NCBI GenBank assembly: GCA_013265495.1 | Contig: MU058444.1 | Coordinates: forward strand, 2,728,001-2,792,000 | Source of the DNA: Vicugna vicugna | Lineage: Eukaryota | Length of the DNA: 64,000 bases | Direction of reading: 5' to 3' | Part shown: piece after piece, positions 27,759 to 37,700 of the stretch | Numbering within the stretch: the stretch's first letter is position 1 | Layout: each line of letters starts with the position of its first letter | Notes under the pieces: generated by a model | The model's input: only the letters and a program-made list of their open reading frames with translations | Database searches by the model: none | Told to the model about the DNA's origin: nothing | Program-made: the position numbers and the translations under genes

Positions 27759-27808
27759 AGTTGCTTATTTTTTGTAAATAAAGTTTTATTGGAACACGGC
27801 CATGCCAT
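25415..27808 (-). CDS. ORF2: 5'-truncated LINE-1 ORF2p (reverse transcriptase + C-terminal/CCHC region, no endonuclease), 797 aa open frame; first 17 aa come from flanking MER58A/TSD sequence
   Basis: Translation shows L1 RT hallmarks: [44 protein letters not shown], catalytic YADD (codons at 27107-27118) and the CX3CX7HX4C knuckle [18 protein letters not shown]. No internal stop. Expression not shown. Confidence 0.93.
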   Translation of the reverse strand: MAWPCSNKTLFTKNKQLELIPVLLKLFQTIEKEGILPNSFYEATITLIPKPGKDTTKKENYRPISLMNIDAKILTKILANRIQQHIKKIIHHDQVGFIPGTQGWFNIRKSINVIHHINKRKDKNHMIISIDAEKAFDKIQHPFMIKTLAKVGIEGTYLNIIKAIYDKPIASIVLNGEKLKSFPLKSGTRQGCPLSPLLFNIVLEVLATAIRQEKEIKGIQIGKEEVKVSLYADDMLLYIENPKRSTKKLLELIEEFSKVAGYKINVQKSVAFLYTNDKSTEKESKETIPFKIAPKVIKYLGINLTKEVKELYTENYKPLMKEIKEDFKKWKDIPCSWIGRINIVKMVTLPKAIYRFNAIPIQLPRTYFTELEQIIIKFIWNHQRPRIAKALLKRKKEAGGITLPDFRQYYRATVIKTAWYWYQNRHIDQWNRIESPEMNPQTFGQLIFDKGGKNIQWNKDSLFSKWCWENWTAACKTMKLEHTLTPYTKINSKWIKDLNIRQDTINLLEENIGKTLSDIHFKNFLLEEIKARINKWDLMKLTSFCRAKETRNKTRRKPTEWEKIFASETDKGLISKIYKQLIRLNKKKINNPIQKWAEDLNKQFSKEDIQMIKKHMKKCSISLIIREMQIKTTMRYHLTPVRMAVIQKSTNDKCWRGCGERGTLLHCWWECSLVQPLWKTVWRFLKRLGIDLPYDPGIPLLGLYPEGNLLQDDTCTPMFIAALFTIAKTWKQPKCPSTGDWIKKMWYIYTMEYYSAIKTDNIMPFAATWMLLENVILSEVSQKEKENYHMRSLICGI

Positions 27809-28394
27809 TTGTTATGTACGGTCCATGGCTTTGGTGGCAGAATTGAATCGCTGTGGTAGAGACCCTGTGGGTTTCACAGCCTAAAATGTTTGCTGTCAGA
27901 CTGCTGACCCAGTGCTGCATGACAGCATAAAACAGTAGTATGTAATCTTTGTTTTGTTTTGTTTTAAATTGTGCTGAAAGACTAGAGCTCTTTCCTGGTT
28001 AGGAGATCAAGCTGTCCCTTTACACTGAAGGGAGCAGGGCACATGTGTTGGCAGCGTTTGGGGTCCTTTGGGAGACGATCCATTCTCTCAGTGTGCAGCT
28101 GAAATTACCAAGCGAGCTTTACCGTAACCAGCAATTACGTATAACCTTAAACAGCAGCCACAAGTTTTAGTCATTGAGTACATGTGACAGACCAGTGTCC
28201 TAAGAAGTTAACCGCTGAATTATACAAGGCACTCAAAGCAGGTGGGTAGAACCATTTATTTTCACATTTTATTTTGCTCTCTCCACAGTTTACAGCAAAT
28301 TGTCTTGTTCATATTTTATGATGTGAGAATCAGATTTTATTTTATTTTTTCCCTAAAGCCCGTATATGAGCCTATTTTGTGGCATATCTAGAGA

Positions 28395-28550
28395 GATGTG
28401 GGTTCGAATCCAGCTCTCTCCACTTAATAGTTGTGTAGGCAGGTAGCTTAACTTCTCTGTGGCCTAGTTTTCTTATCTGTAAAATGGGACCCCAGTAAGA
28501 CCTACCACACAGGGCTGTTGGGTTAATCTGTGTGAAGCACGTAGGATTGC
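28395..28550 (+). mobile_element. MIR
   Basis: gggttcgaatccagctctctccacttaatagttgtgt...cttaacttctctgtggcctagttttcttatctgtaaaatggg. Confidence 0.8.
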
Positions 28551-29244
28551 GTATTGTAATTGCTTGCTGTGTGTTATGACTGTATAGTTCGCTTTGATGA
28601 CACTTTATAGAAGCTTCTCCGCACAGGGTGGCAGCCTGTTACTGAAAGCAGTGTGCTTGGAGGAAGGTGAACAAAACTCACAAGACTTTGCTCCGAGCCC
28701 TCAGCTCTTCCTGTAGCAACAGTAACTGTCAAGTGAGGCTGTTCCTGTGAGTTACCAGCATTGAAAACCAACCGAGGACCTACATTTCTCAAGTAACACA
28801 AAGGTTATCCATACAGTACAATCAGTTTTAATTATCGAATAACAAATCAATTGAGGCAAATGCTGCTTTTAATCCTTTGATTTAATTTTTGTTTCTGTTG
28901 TTGGCTTTCTGCCATTTGAATATTCTCCCCCACAACTTGAGCGTCTGAAAACGTGGTGTGCTTTTTAACATCCAATTCTTGGGTCTCTGCGCTGACCTTC
29001 CTGGACCCCAGTCTCTTGGGATGGAGCCCAGGTCTCATGCACACTGAAGTCTGAGAACCAGATCGGGGAACAAAATGATTCGAGATGCTAACTGTTGAGT
29101 TCTCTTTTTCAATGTTTTTGTTATGGGCTGCACTGCAGAGGAGAAGGGATTTCTGTCAGTGCCCCAGGCTTTGCGGAGATTTGCACAGGGACTCGGAGGA
29201 AGACGGGGACGGACATGGTGCCTGAATGTGGACCATTCTTCCTC

Positions 29245-29380
29245 TTTTTTGGGGGGAGGGAGGTAATTAAGTTTGTTTATTTATTTATTTCAAATGGAGG
29301 TGCTGGGGACTGAACCCAGGGCCTTGTGCATGCTAGGCAAGAACTCCGCCACTGAACTACACCCTCCCCACTACCCTTCC
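29245..29380 (-). mobile_element. tRNA-Ala-derived SINE (vic-1-like) with TSD
   Basis: Same family motifs. TSD accattcttcctc (29232-29244) / accattattcctc (29381-29393). Confidence 0.88.
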
Positions 29381-31830
29381 ACCATTATTCCTCCTTCTTG
29401 CCGTCCTGGCCCAGGCCTCCCTTCCATCACTGAAATTAGATTACTCCTTCCCTCTTGACCTCCAGCCTAAACGGTGCGTACACTGAGCTAACCCTGTTAG
29501 GACATCCTGAGGATGCCAAGGGAACCTTGGAGACTAAGGAGAAAAAGGTGCTTAACAGGAGAGACAAGCACTGTGTACTGTGGGCTTCTGCTTCCGAGAG
29601 GGCTGAAGACAGGACTGCAGAAGGCCGCGAGCCGCGGCCCCTTCTTCCCGCAGCCGGTGAGCTGGTGTGCCATGCTTGGATGGACGTCGCCTCCAGGCTC
29701 ATCTCATGGGCACCGCCTTCTTTATTCACATCGAGGCCGCCCACTTGTCCACTTTGCTTCACCTCCAGACATTGCCCACTGGCAGTCTTCTTTGAAAATT
29801 TCCCAATTTAGCTTCAAGAGTCTTACCAAATTCAGTATTTCTTTGTAGATCAGGGGTGGTTGATCCTTAAAGAATCTTAATAAATGCTAGATTTGCTTCT
29901 CCTTTACTTTTCTGGGGCATTCCGTTATTACAACACCCACAAAAGGAAATTTCTTCTTTATCAAGCCACCCATATAGGTAGGGAAGTATCATAATATAAC
30001 AATACTTTATCTCATGTTAGTTTGTTGTGTGATTGTCTGAAGAATTAGGGCACCGCTGAGGAAGGGCAGGGTTGTTCTTTTGACCTGTGACTTCTGGTCC
30101 CCGAGGTTGTGGATGGTTGAGGTCCTCAGCCACCAGCGTTGTTGGATGTGCGTCTGCTATGAGTGTCACAGGTATGGCCGGGGACCCTGAGCGCTGGAGG
30201 ACCTTCCTGTGTCTCCTGGCTCTGGAGAGGCCTGAGTTGAAACTATTCTAACTTATCTTTTAAAGTCTCTTAAGAAAGACAGTTTCACAAGCTGCCATGA
30301 TAATCTGTTTCAGTGTTTAATTGGCATTATAGATTTTAATACACTTCTGTGCCACTCTCCAGCTGTATTTCTCATGAGGTTTCCCTTAAATAGTTTTTTA
30401 ATGCTGATTGATTAAACTTGTGGTCCCTTCTGACTCTGAGCTCTTTCCTTGCTCCCATGTTTGTGTGACTGGACGTTGCTCCATAACACTTTTGGGGCAT
30501 TGATTCTTTTAATCCATCAACGGGCCTTATTATATTTCATGAGTACAGTGACCGATCATTTTTAATGCTGAATTCTCTGGAGCTGCTGATTGATTCTTCT
30601 TGTCAGCAGCTGGCAAATTGCATTCAGATTCTATCAAAATTATGCATCCTCTTTTCATTAATAAAATGGGGTGTAAGTTCAGCTGGTGAGTTTCTTCTCC
30701 CCGTTCCCCCTTTGGTTCTGACCCGTCTTCCCTTTTCATGTTTCTCTCTCCCTTGGATTCACTCTCTCTCCTCTCACGTGTTAGAATGAGGAGGCTAATA
30801 TTCGATTTCAGAGCTTTTGCTGAGTTTGCCAACGGTGGTATTGACTAGGTTGTAATTTTTAAGAACTGTAGGGACAGCTTTATTTAGGATGAGGAGGATT
30901 TGAATGAGTAAAGGTGTGAAAAAACTGCATCATACCTTATAAATCCTTATAAGGCCCCTCAGCCCCTTCCAGAGCACAATGTGATTTGTCAGGTGTCACC
31001 CTCCGTGAGCTGCAGGTGCCGTTAATCATGAGAGAGAAAAATGCCTATTCAAATGTTTGATCATTTGTCTTCAGAGAACGTGATTTTCAACCTTTTTAGA
31101 GTCACAGAACTTACAAGCAATAATGAGTTGGATTCCCCTTGGCCGTGCTGACCCCTGGGGAGCATTCGGAGTGAAATACAGACGGACTTGCCTTAGATTG
31201 GATGCTGCTCACCCAGCCCTTGCTTAGGGCCTTCGACCTGTGCACTGGGCTTGAGTGTGGATGTGCAGAGGACCCGTGTTGAAATACGTTTCTGTGTGGT
31301 GCATTCCGTGTAAAGGTTTAACCCTTTTTGGTTGTTGTAATAAACCGGTTTACTTTACTGCTGACCAAGAATTTGAGTGAACGAATAAAAACAGGACATT
31401 TTCTTCCTAGATCCTTTTCTTTAATGACATTGCACAAGCGCTGGGAGTCTTGTGGGTGTGTACATAACCTAACAAAAGTTGTTTTGTGCACCGGTTGTGA
31501 AATTGGAAGAACATGCTACTACTTTAGAATTCTCAATTTCTTGTTTTTGCAGTTTTTATAGAAAATAATTATGCAGACTAGGCATTTTATTTTTTTCCTT
31601 AGGGGTAAGGTTTTAGAATGCTATTATTATTTCCCTGCCTTTGCTTGCTCTTTGTCTTTTCAGTTACTCTGTTTTCAGCTGGTTGGTGCCTCTGTGCTCT
31701 TGCTCAAGCTTTGCCTATCACGGGCAGAGTGACAGGGGTGCAAAAAATTTTTGGAGGGGGTGGTGAAGACTTAGAATTCATTTTCAGTGCAGAGCTTTGA
31801 GAGAAAGTTGATTGGGATTAAACCTGTTTC

Positions 31831-31932
31831 TTGGGAGGTGGGTAATTAGGTTTATTTATTTATTTTTAGAGGAGGTGCTGGGCGTTGAACCCAGGACCCT
31901 CGTGCAGGCTAGGCATGCACTCTACCACTTGA
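31831..31932 (-). mobile_element. tRNA-Ala-derived SINE (vic-1-like), 5' head clipped
   Basis: ggtaattaggtttatttatttatttttagaggaggtgctgggcgttgaacccaggacc...ctctaccacttga. Confidence 0.85.
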
Positions 31933-31935
31933 ACA

Positions 31936-32005
31936 GGTGGATTTTTGACTGGGTTTGGTGGGGAGATCCATACCTCTAACCCCCATGATGTTCAAGGGTC
32001 AACTG
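31936..32005 (+). mobile_element. Tigger2-family (TcMar) terminal fragment
   Basis: ggatttttgactg...ctaacccccatgatgttcaagggtcaactg followed by TA, matching the Tigger2 terminal inverted repeat. Confidence 0.75.
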
Positions 32006-34490
32006 TATATTCTTCCCCCAATTCCACTCCCTTTTTAAATGGCATATGTCACTAAAAGAAGTGAAATGTTTTCCTAACAGCATTAAAAAAATTAGTTTAA
32101 GAAAATATCTTTTCAATTTGGAAATATTTAAAATGTAGTCTTTTGCCTGAATGAATAAATTAAAAACCGGTTAGTTATTTCTGTCAAATACCTGGCTTGC
32201 TCTTAAAGACTTTTTCCAAAACCCCAAAGAATCCTGACGGTAGTCTGTCAGTGGCCAGAGTTTTTCCTGTTGAAATGTTCAGGCTCCCAAGCTTTGTTGC
32301 TTTGAAACTAAAAGTCCTTCAAAGAGGGGTTACTGTTTGGGACCAGCTTCAGATTCTCTTGAATCGTAGGGGCTGTGTGCAAGGGGATGAGGAGAAGGAG
32401 AACTGCTGCTGAAATTGGCGTGGGCAGCGCTTTCCTGGCTCCTGCGACTCCAGTGAGGAGGTGATGGCCTCCGACAGTAACTCCCAGGCCGGGCCTGGAG
32501 GCGTAGCTCTTTTTGAGCTTGATGAATACGAGCACATTTGAAAATTATTTCAGAAATCATCCTAATTCTGGCTGGATACTGGTGCATAGAAGTCATATAA
32601 CCTCGAGCATGAAGGAAAATAGAATACATTTAAATGCTCCGTGAGGGGTTTAGTTGAAAATGATCCGTTTCTGAAACTTGGAGCATTTTGCAGAGTCTAA
32701 CAGTGTTTGTTTATCCGAGCAGAAATCTGTGCTCTCTCTGGTGCGTGGTTCCTGCCTCTCTAGGTCGATTCCCCCACGTTAGTGAACCTTGAGTCTTGCT
32801 TTTGTGCTAATTTTTAAGGAGATGTTGCATTTTAGGATGGAAATCACTTAGTCACTCTTGATTTTTAAGGGAGTTTAGGAGCCATTAACTTGGATTTATT
32901 ATATTGTTACGATTAGGCTCTTCACTGTTTTAAAAAAAATTCAGTTATAGCCACATTTCCTTTTGATTTGTGTTGAAGGCTTTTTTTGGTCTTTTCAGTG
33001 GAGTTGTATGGAAAAAATTACATATTTATTTTAACATTTTTCTTTAATCGAGTCTGAACTAGGCAAACCCTTCTTTTTCTCAGAGCGTTCTCCCTTTCCT
33101 GATGAGCAGTCTGAATTATTTTATTGCTTTTATCCTATGTTGAGAGGATTAGGTTGCCATGAACTTTGAGAACAGATACCTTTTTCTTGTGAAAACTTAA
33201 AATCCTGTCACTTTATAAGCTTTATTTAAGATTATGTAAAATATGTTTAAAGCAGATGCCAGAATTTTAGTTTCCATGCATCAAACGTAATAGTTGGATT
33301 TTTTTGAAGCTGCTTTTTTTTTTAAGCTTCTTTTTTTTTTTAAGCTAGTAACTAGATTATCAATTTAAAATTCAGGCTTATTTAATGTTGAAAACTTCTG
33401 AATCATCAGTGTTCATTTAAAATATTTTAAATTACATATATATGCATAAGTGTATAAATGTGTGTGTATATAATTGTCTGTGTTTTCTGGTGACTAGAGT
33501 AATATATGTCCCCTTTGGAAATTTCAGAAAATACAGAAAAATGCCAAGAAGAAAATTAAAGTTACTTACAATCCCATCACATTGAAATAACAGCAGTTTA
33601 CACTCTGATAAAGAGCTTTCCATTACTTTTTCTACTTCACATTGTTTTTTTACCCTTAGGAGAACCTTCTAAGCCAAACTTCCCACCAAGGACCCTGTAA
33701 AGAGCATTGATTACTACTTGGTAACAAGAGAGAAATGTAAGAAAAGGAGTAAGAGATTGGTACTTGGTTTGGGATCATATTCCCCTTTAATTCTGTCTTT
33801 TGAAAAAGCAGCTGTTTGTAAACAGCTGAGTTATTTTGAAGCATACACATCCACTTCACAATGCCCTGAGTTTTCTCTGGTTGCAGCGTGTCCGGTACCC
33901 TGACTAATCCAGGCTTCATGAAATTGCCTATCATTTAGGGAATACCTCTGACTTTTGACTGGCAGCACTTTGAATGATTCCATCAGCTAACAAGATTGTC
34001 CCATAACTGTGTTTGTTGACCAAAGTAAATTGCTTCCCGGTAGCCTTATTTGTTTGTTCACTGTGAAGCTCACTCAGTCTAAATCTTTTCCCTATAGAAA
34101 TTCCTACAGAAAAATCTTAAAGTCAGACCTTTCCCCTTGCCACTTCACAGCAAAAGTCAAATAGTATCTTGGTGCAAAATACATATAGCAGAACAGAAGG
34201 GATGCTGGTTTGACATAAACAGCCCCTGAGCTTCTGCTTGAGCCCCTCTGACGTCAGGAAACGCCTGCACGTCTGACCTGGCATCTCCGTGAAAGAGATG
34301 GAATTACAGGGGCTGTTTATTGTTTGCTGAAGTCAAGTGCATCTTGCCAGTTAATGAGTCGGTGACATTGTGCTGACGGTAGCTGCAAAGGCCCCGTTGC
34401 TCATCAGCCCGAGTATTTACATGGGCTCTCAAATCGCCAGGTGCCCTTTCATTCTCCAGTGTAATTTTTTCTAATTAAAAATTTTTGTTT

Positions 34491-34630
34491 TATATACAAG
34501 ATCTTGTGGTAGCTCATGGCGAAAAAGAATGAGACAATGAACATATGTATGTTCATGTATAACTGAAAAATTGTGCTCTACACTGGAAATCGACAACATT
34601 GTAAACTGACTGTAACTCAATAAAATAAAA
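34491..34630 (+). mobile_element. Very short LINE-1 3' terminus with AATAAA/A-tail
   Basis: tatatacaagatcttgtggtagctca...actcaataaaataaaa closely matches 44221-44360. Confidence 0.88.
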
Positions 34631-34640
34631 TTTTAAAAAT

Positions 34641-34780
34641 TTATTTTATTTTTTAGGTGGGGGGAGGTAATCAGGTTTATTTATTTATTCTTAGAGGAGG
34701 TACTGGGGACTGAACCGAGGACCTCATGCATGCTAATACTAAGCATGGGCTCTACCACTTGAGCTATGCCCCACCCCACC
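34641..34780 (-). mobile_element. tRNA-Ala-derived SINE (vic-1-like)
   Basis: ggggaggtaatcaggtttatttatttattcttagaggaggtactggggactgaaccgaggacctc...ctctaccacttgagctatgcccc. Confidence 0.88.
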
Positions 34781-37700
34781 TCCTAGGTGATTTAAAGAGA
34801 ACCCTTGTCTGCTGCTCTGCTGTTGCCCTCTTGGCTATGAGTTGTTGATTCTGCCAGACTTCATGGTCAACACCTTTTTCTTTCTCAGTTTTCTGAGCTT
34901 ACCAGAAAATTGCAAAAAACTCAGTGGGAGAAAATAAACCAGTACATTTTTCAAAATTACGGGTTTTTTGTTTTTTGTTTTTTTGCTTTTTCACACTGAA
35001 AATGATTCCCATAAGGGAAGTAATAACACATTATAGTATGTAAATAGTATAGTATGGTTTTGTTTTTTTATCAGCACTTGTTTAAGCAGTTAATTAGGAA
35101 CAGTGGTTAGGTAAACAGACTTGTAATTCCTTACAGATGTGGTTTCTGGTTTTACAAGTGTTAACGGGTAATTTTCAAAAAGATGAAATCATCACTGTCA
35201 GGTACATATGAAATGAACCTGTGTCAGAGATCTTATTTAAATCATGAAATTAATGAGGAAACCAGCAAGATGTTATGGATGGTTGAAAGAGCATTTGAGA
35301 GGTTAGGCGTATTGTCAGTTTAACAAGGAAAGGTTTCTGGGTTAGATAGAAGATTGGTTAATGCCCACCAGAGTCCTTGTGGTTATCTGTTCCACCAGAC
35401 AGCACTTTCTGCATCTCATGTGGATAAATATCTACAAGTTCACAGACTGCTTCTGTCATTTTGGGACTTTTGTCAAGAGTGAACAGTGAGTTGCACTAGG
35501 TATGTCTGCTTGATGTACCTTTTACCTTTTTCTGATATGAAGAAAAGGAAGAAACTGAAAAAGAAGGGACATGATGTTTACTTTTATCAGCAAGAAAACG
35601 AAGGCAGAAAGTTTAGGCGAAAAGAAATGGATTAGGTAAGAAATTTTTACTTTGATAATATTTGATGTAAAAAACCAGACTCATCTTAGGTTATAGAAGA
35701 AACACCTTCTTTCCTTTTCTCCTGGTCTGCAGTGTCAGTTCTTCTCCAGAAACCAGTGGAGAAGCTTAGCTGTTGCTGACTCATTCATGTTCCAGGGCCT
35801 GTGTTTACCCCCCAGCTGAGTAGAATAAACTCTCAGTAGACCCACGATCCAGTTAACATTTGATGAGTTGGCTCACCGAGTCACTTTGTATTTTGATTCA
35901 TTTGTCAGACCCAGCTCTGTTATCAGAAATAAAAATTATTTAAAAAAAGTGTAAAAAGTGTCAAAAATAGCCATGTAATTTATTATAATAATACTAAATA
36001 AACCTTGTATTAACTCCGTGATATGAAATCTTAGACACTGAGGATGGAGTGGGACTTCAGAGGTCATCGTTTTATGTGGCCGAGGAGACTGAAGCTCAGT
36101 GAGGGTAGGTGGCTCGTGGCTAATTCTGGTAAGAACGAGAACGAAAATGCCTGATGTGTGCAAAGTTGTGAGATATAGGACTTAGAAAAATAAAATCCTT
36201 TTACTATTTATTTCGTGCTTATTATTTTGCAAGCTCTGTGCGAGATATTTAAATTACAGAAAAGATATTATGCAGTCTGTACTCTTGAAGGGCTTAAGAT
36301 CTAGCTGAAGAGAGTGAATATTATTAGTTTTCAAGGAATTCATAGCACAAGAAATGACAGACACAGTACTTAATGAGTGATTAACAGAAATAAGTTATTC
36401 AGAATTCAGGAGGAAGGAATTCAGAAGGAAGCGGTCAGGGATGAAGGTGCTAAAAAGGTAGAAAGCCACTCAGAGGAGCACGTGGTAGTCTAGAGGGTCA
36501 TGATCAGGAAGCACCCCATCTCTTCTCGGGGGGCCGACGTGGTGCAGAGCCTCGCTCACCTTTGTCAGCTCATTTAATCCTGGGGGTATCATTCTGGCTC
36601 TGCTGTTGGCCTGATGCTTTTACGTGCTGGTGCTATTAAAGGTTAATTGAATTTTGGTTACTTTATTCATATATTTAAAAACTGTGGGTGACCCAGACAA
36701 TCCATCAAGGTGCATTTGCTGGTGATGGTGGCTCTGTGGAATCCTGTCTGATCACGTGGTCGGGAATGACTGGTGAACGCATCCTTCCTGAGAGAATCGC
36801 GTAGAGTGAGAGCTCTGGTATTACGTGTCTACAGTTAGATTTGTTTCTGTTACGTTTAGGAGGGGCAGAGTTGTAAAACCAGGTAGAAGAGTTCAGAGAC
36901 CCGTGCTCACTTTACAAGGGTGTTTTGTGCTTCAGTTTGAGCAGCAGTTTTAACATTTTGATTGATGTGTTTATCAACGTTATAAGAAGCAAAAGCTAAA
37001 ATTAATATTTCACAATTCTAATTGCTTTCGCTTGGCTCCGCTCTGCATGTTATACATTCTGGTTTTTAAATATTTAAAATTTCATCTCTAGGGTGAAGTG
37101 GAGGTGAAATAACTTAGAGGGTAGCTTTTTGTCAGTAACTGTCTTCCCTGTCCCCTCTTAAAGCCGGGTGATGTTCACGTTGTGTCGTCGTAGCGTTAAG
37201 AGAAATTATTTGCTACCATGACAGTTTTTCTAAGCGCTAACAACACCTAGAGAGTGAACATTTATGAGGTGCGACTTCATGGTGTGCATTGTGTGGTAGA
37301 TATAATTGATAATTCTGCCTTCTCCTGTTGAATGTCTAATTTCTAATGGTCATGACATGTCTTTCCTAAATATTATTTTTGGTATGTTTAGGCAGGCCTT
37401 AGAAAGATGGTCATTTTTGTGTTTGCCAACATTCTAATCCTGGAAGGGATCCAGGGTAACTCTGAGGTAGCCCTTCATTTTTGTAATTGAAGAAAAGGAG
37501 ACCCTGTTTGAGGACCAGGGGAAAAAAATATAAACCCCCCCATGAACATATATACACATCTATAAATGTTTCTATGTCTATCTGTATGTATAATAAAATC
37601 CCGAGTTCATAATGATACCTTCAGTCTAACTCAGCATCCAGGGCGTGCGGGCATAAGGGGTGGGAAGGCGTCAGCGGTGAAGTAAACCCGGGAAATAGTG

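Larger units (their letters stand above)
25018..27912 (+). mobile_element. MER58A-like hAT-Charlie DNA transposon split by the L1 (left part 25018-25074, right part 27759-27912)
   Basis: Rejoined halves read taggagttggcacactacagggcc...tttttgtaaataaagttttattggaacacggccatgccatt...cagcctaaaatgttt...tgctgacccag, matching the MER58A consensus as I recall it. Degenerate 8-bp TSD tgctaaat (25010-25017) / tgctgcat (27913-27920). Confidence 0.85.

Noticed and set aside
21034..34780. tRNA-Ala-like sequences (four copies)
   Set aside because: Degenerate stems, shared non-tRNA tails and TSDs identify them as SINEs, not tRNA genes.
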